Positions 50,981-51,890 of a stretch of 51,890 bases of DNA are shown here, piece after piece (positions within the stretch are counted from its first letter, which is position 1; each line of letters opens with the position of its first letter). The notes under the pieces are model-generated. The model worked only from the letters and a program-made list of their open reading frames with translations. It had not been told where the DNA came from and made no database searches. The position numbers and the translations under genes were made by a program. Source of the stretch: a bacterium (lineage in GTDB: Bacteria; SAR324; JACQKK01); contig JBGOTW010000002.1 of assembly GCA_041476685.1 (NCBI GenBank), forward strand, positions 1 through 51,890, read 5' to 3'.

Positions 50981-51685
50981 TCACGGGACGATCGGCGTCT
51001 CCTGTTCGAAATGTCCAGAGACGGCCTCGCCCGCCATCATGCGCGGATAGGTGCGCCGGAAATCGTCCATTACCCGCTCGAAGGGGAAATCGGCAAACCA
51101 GCCGTGGTCCTTGAGGTACTCCATGTGCCGCTGCTGCTTGGCGTCGTACGGATGCATGAGCGAGTCGTGCCGCCCGTCGAACTCCAGCGGCAGCACGCCG
51201 AACTTGCTGCACAGCTCGACATTGAACGCGGGCGTCGCCTTGACCCAGCGGCCGTCCAGGTGCAGCACGGTGTAGCCGTGATGGATGAAGATGTCGCTCC
51301 CCATCAGGGTGCGCAGCTTCGGCGTGGTGAGATGGTTCTTCACGTCGGCCAGGCCGATCGCAGCAGGGATGCCCAGCACGCGCGCCGCCGCGGCGAGCAG
51401 GATCGCCTTGGGAATGCAGAACGCCGCCCGCTCGGCCAGCACGGTCGAGGCCCGGAACGTTCGCGGCAGGGGCCGCATGGCGTAAGGATCGTAGCGGATG
51501 TCGTCACGCACCCGATAGTACATCGCCACCGCTCGGTCCACGTCGCTCGCGTTGGGGGAAAGCCCTGCCGTGGCCTCCCTTGCGAAGGCTCGCACCGCCG
51601 AATGATCGCTGTCGAAATAGAAGGTCGGGGCAAGGTGTTCCCGGCGCACGGGCACCTCAGGCGTGGAAAGCTGCGGGCTTTGCAT
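50981..51685 (-). CDS. Transglutaminase-like cysteine peptidase superfamily protein
   Basis: Trimmed to the ATG at 51685 (234 aa; the longer 296-aa form is possible). It reads DDIRYDPY...VLAERAAFCIPKAILLAAAARVLGIPAAIGL (Cys core) then IHHGYTVLHLDGRWVKATP (His) ...D, the usual transglutaminase-core order. Confidence 0.7.
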   Translation of the reverse strand: MQSPQLSTPEVPVRREHLAPTFYFDSDHSAVRAFAREATAGLSPNASDVDRAVAMYYRVRDDIRYDPYAMRPLPRTFRASTVLAERAAFCIPKAILLAAAARVLGIPAAIGLADVKNHLTTPKLRTLMGSDIFIHHGYTVLHLDGRWVKATPAFNVELCSKFGVLPLEFDGRHDSLMHPYDAKQQRHMEYLKDHGWFADFPFERVMDDFRRTYPRMMAGEAVSGHFEQETPIVP

Positions 51686-51890
51686 AAGGGGCTCCAAGAT
51701 CAGGCTGACCGACCCAGCCGCTGGGCGATAGGCCCAGCGTCCTTCCCATTTCCCACCTTGCCACGGCGCCACAGTGCAGCCAAGCAATGCGGCCAAGAGC
51801 CGGGCCCCCGCTTGGTCGCGCACCCGGCTGGCGGTGTGCCCGCTCGCCAACTCGACTGCTGGCCCAGCCAAGCGCTTGTCATAGCGACAG

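Overview
This is a 51.9-kb stretch of a visibly GC-rich chromosome (about two-thirds G+C by eye, not computed). The organism is diderm/Gram-negative, since it encodes MurJ, LpxB, an OprB-type porin and lytic transglycosylases. I saw no rRNA, tRNA, CRISPR array or transposase. Most of the window is housekeeping: murJ (partial), holA, ptsP, gloB, icd, lpxB, rpoZ, an AddAB-like helicase-nuclease pair, thiI, an rlmD-like methyltransferase, recO, hisA-hisF and a purM-like gene. Many long ORFs in the track are antisense shadow ORFs typical of high-GC DNA; I ignored them and trimmed several N-terminal extensions to plausible starts. The strongest candidate for something new is a compact three-gene operon at 5992-9242 on the minus strand. 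It encodes a MotA-topology channel protein with a long helical tail, a MotB/ExbD-like partner that lacks a peptidoglycan-binding domain, and a full-length FliG homologue whose torque-helix charges appear to be lost. No other flagellar, Ton or Tol gene is present in the window. Other items worth a second look:
- A DsbA/FrnE-like gene has an in-frame TGA exactly at the first Cys of its CxxC motif, followed directly by a hairpin (candidate selenoprotein).
- An orphan holin-like gene plus GH24 endolysin form a lysis cassette with no phage context.
- A 620-aa secreted Pro/Ala-rich tandem-repeat protein lies upstream of the porin.
- A small secreted two-Cys peptide gene lies between rpoZ and the DsbA-like gene.
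- A lipoprotein hydrolase gene is frameshifted.
- An alpha/beta-hydrolase downstream of lpxB appears to lack its nucleophile serine.
- A dual-GT2 glycosyltransferase sits on a low-GC island.
- Two unusually long, lower-GC unassigned regions of about 650-690 bp remain unexplained.
All family assignments come from reading motifs by eye. No database search was possible.
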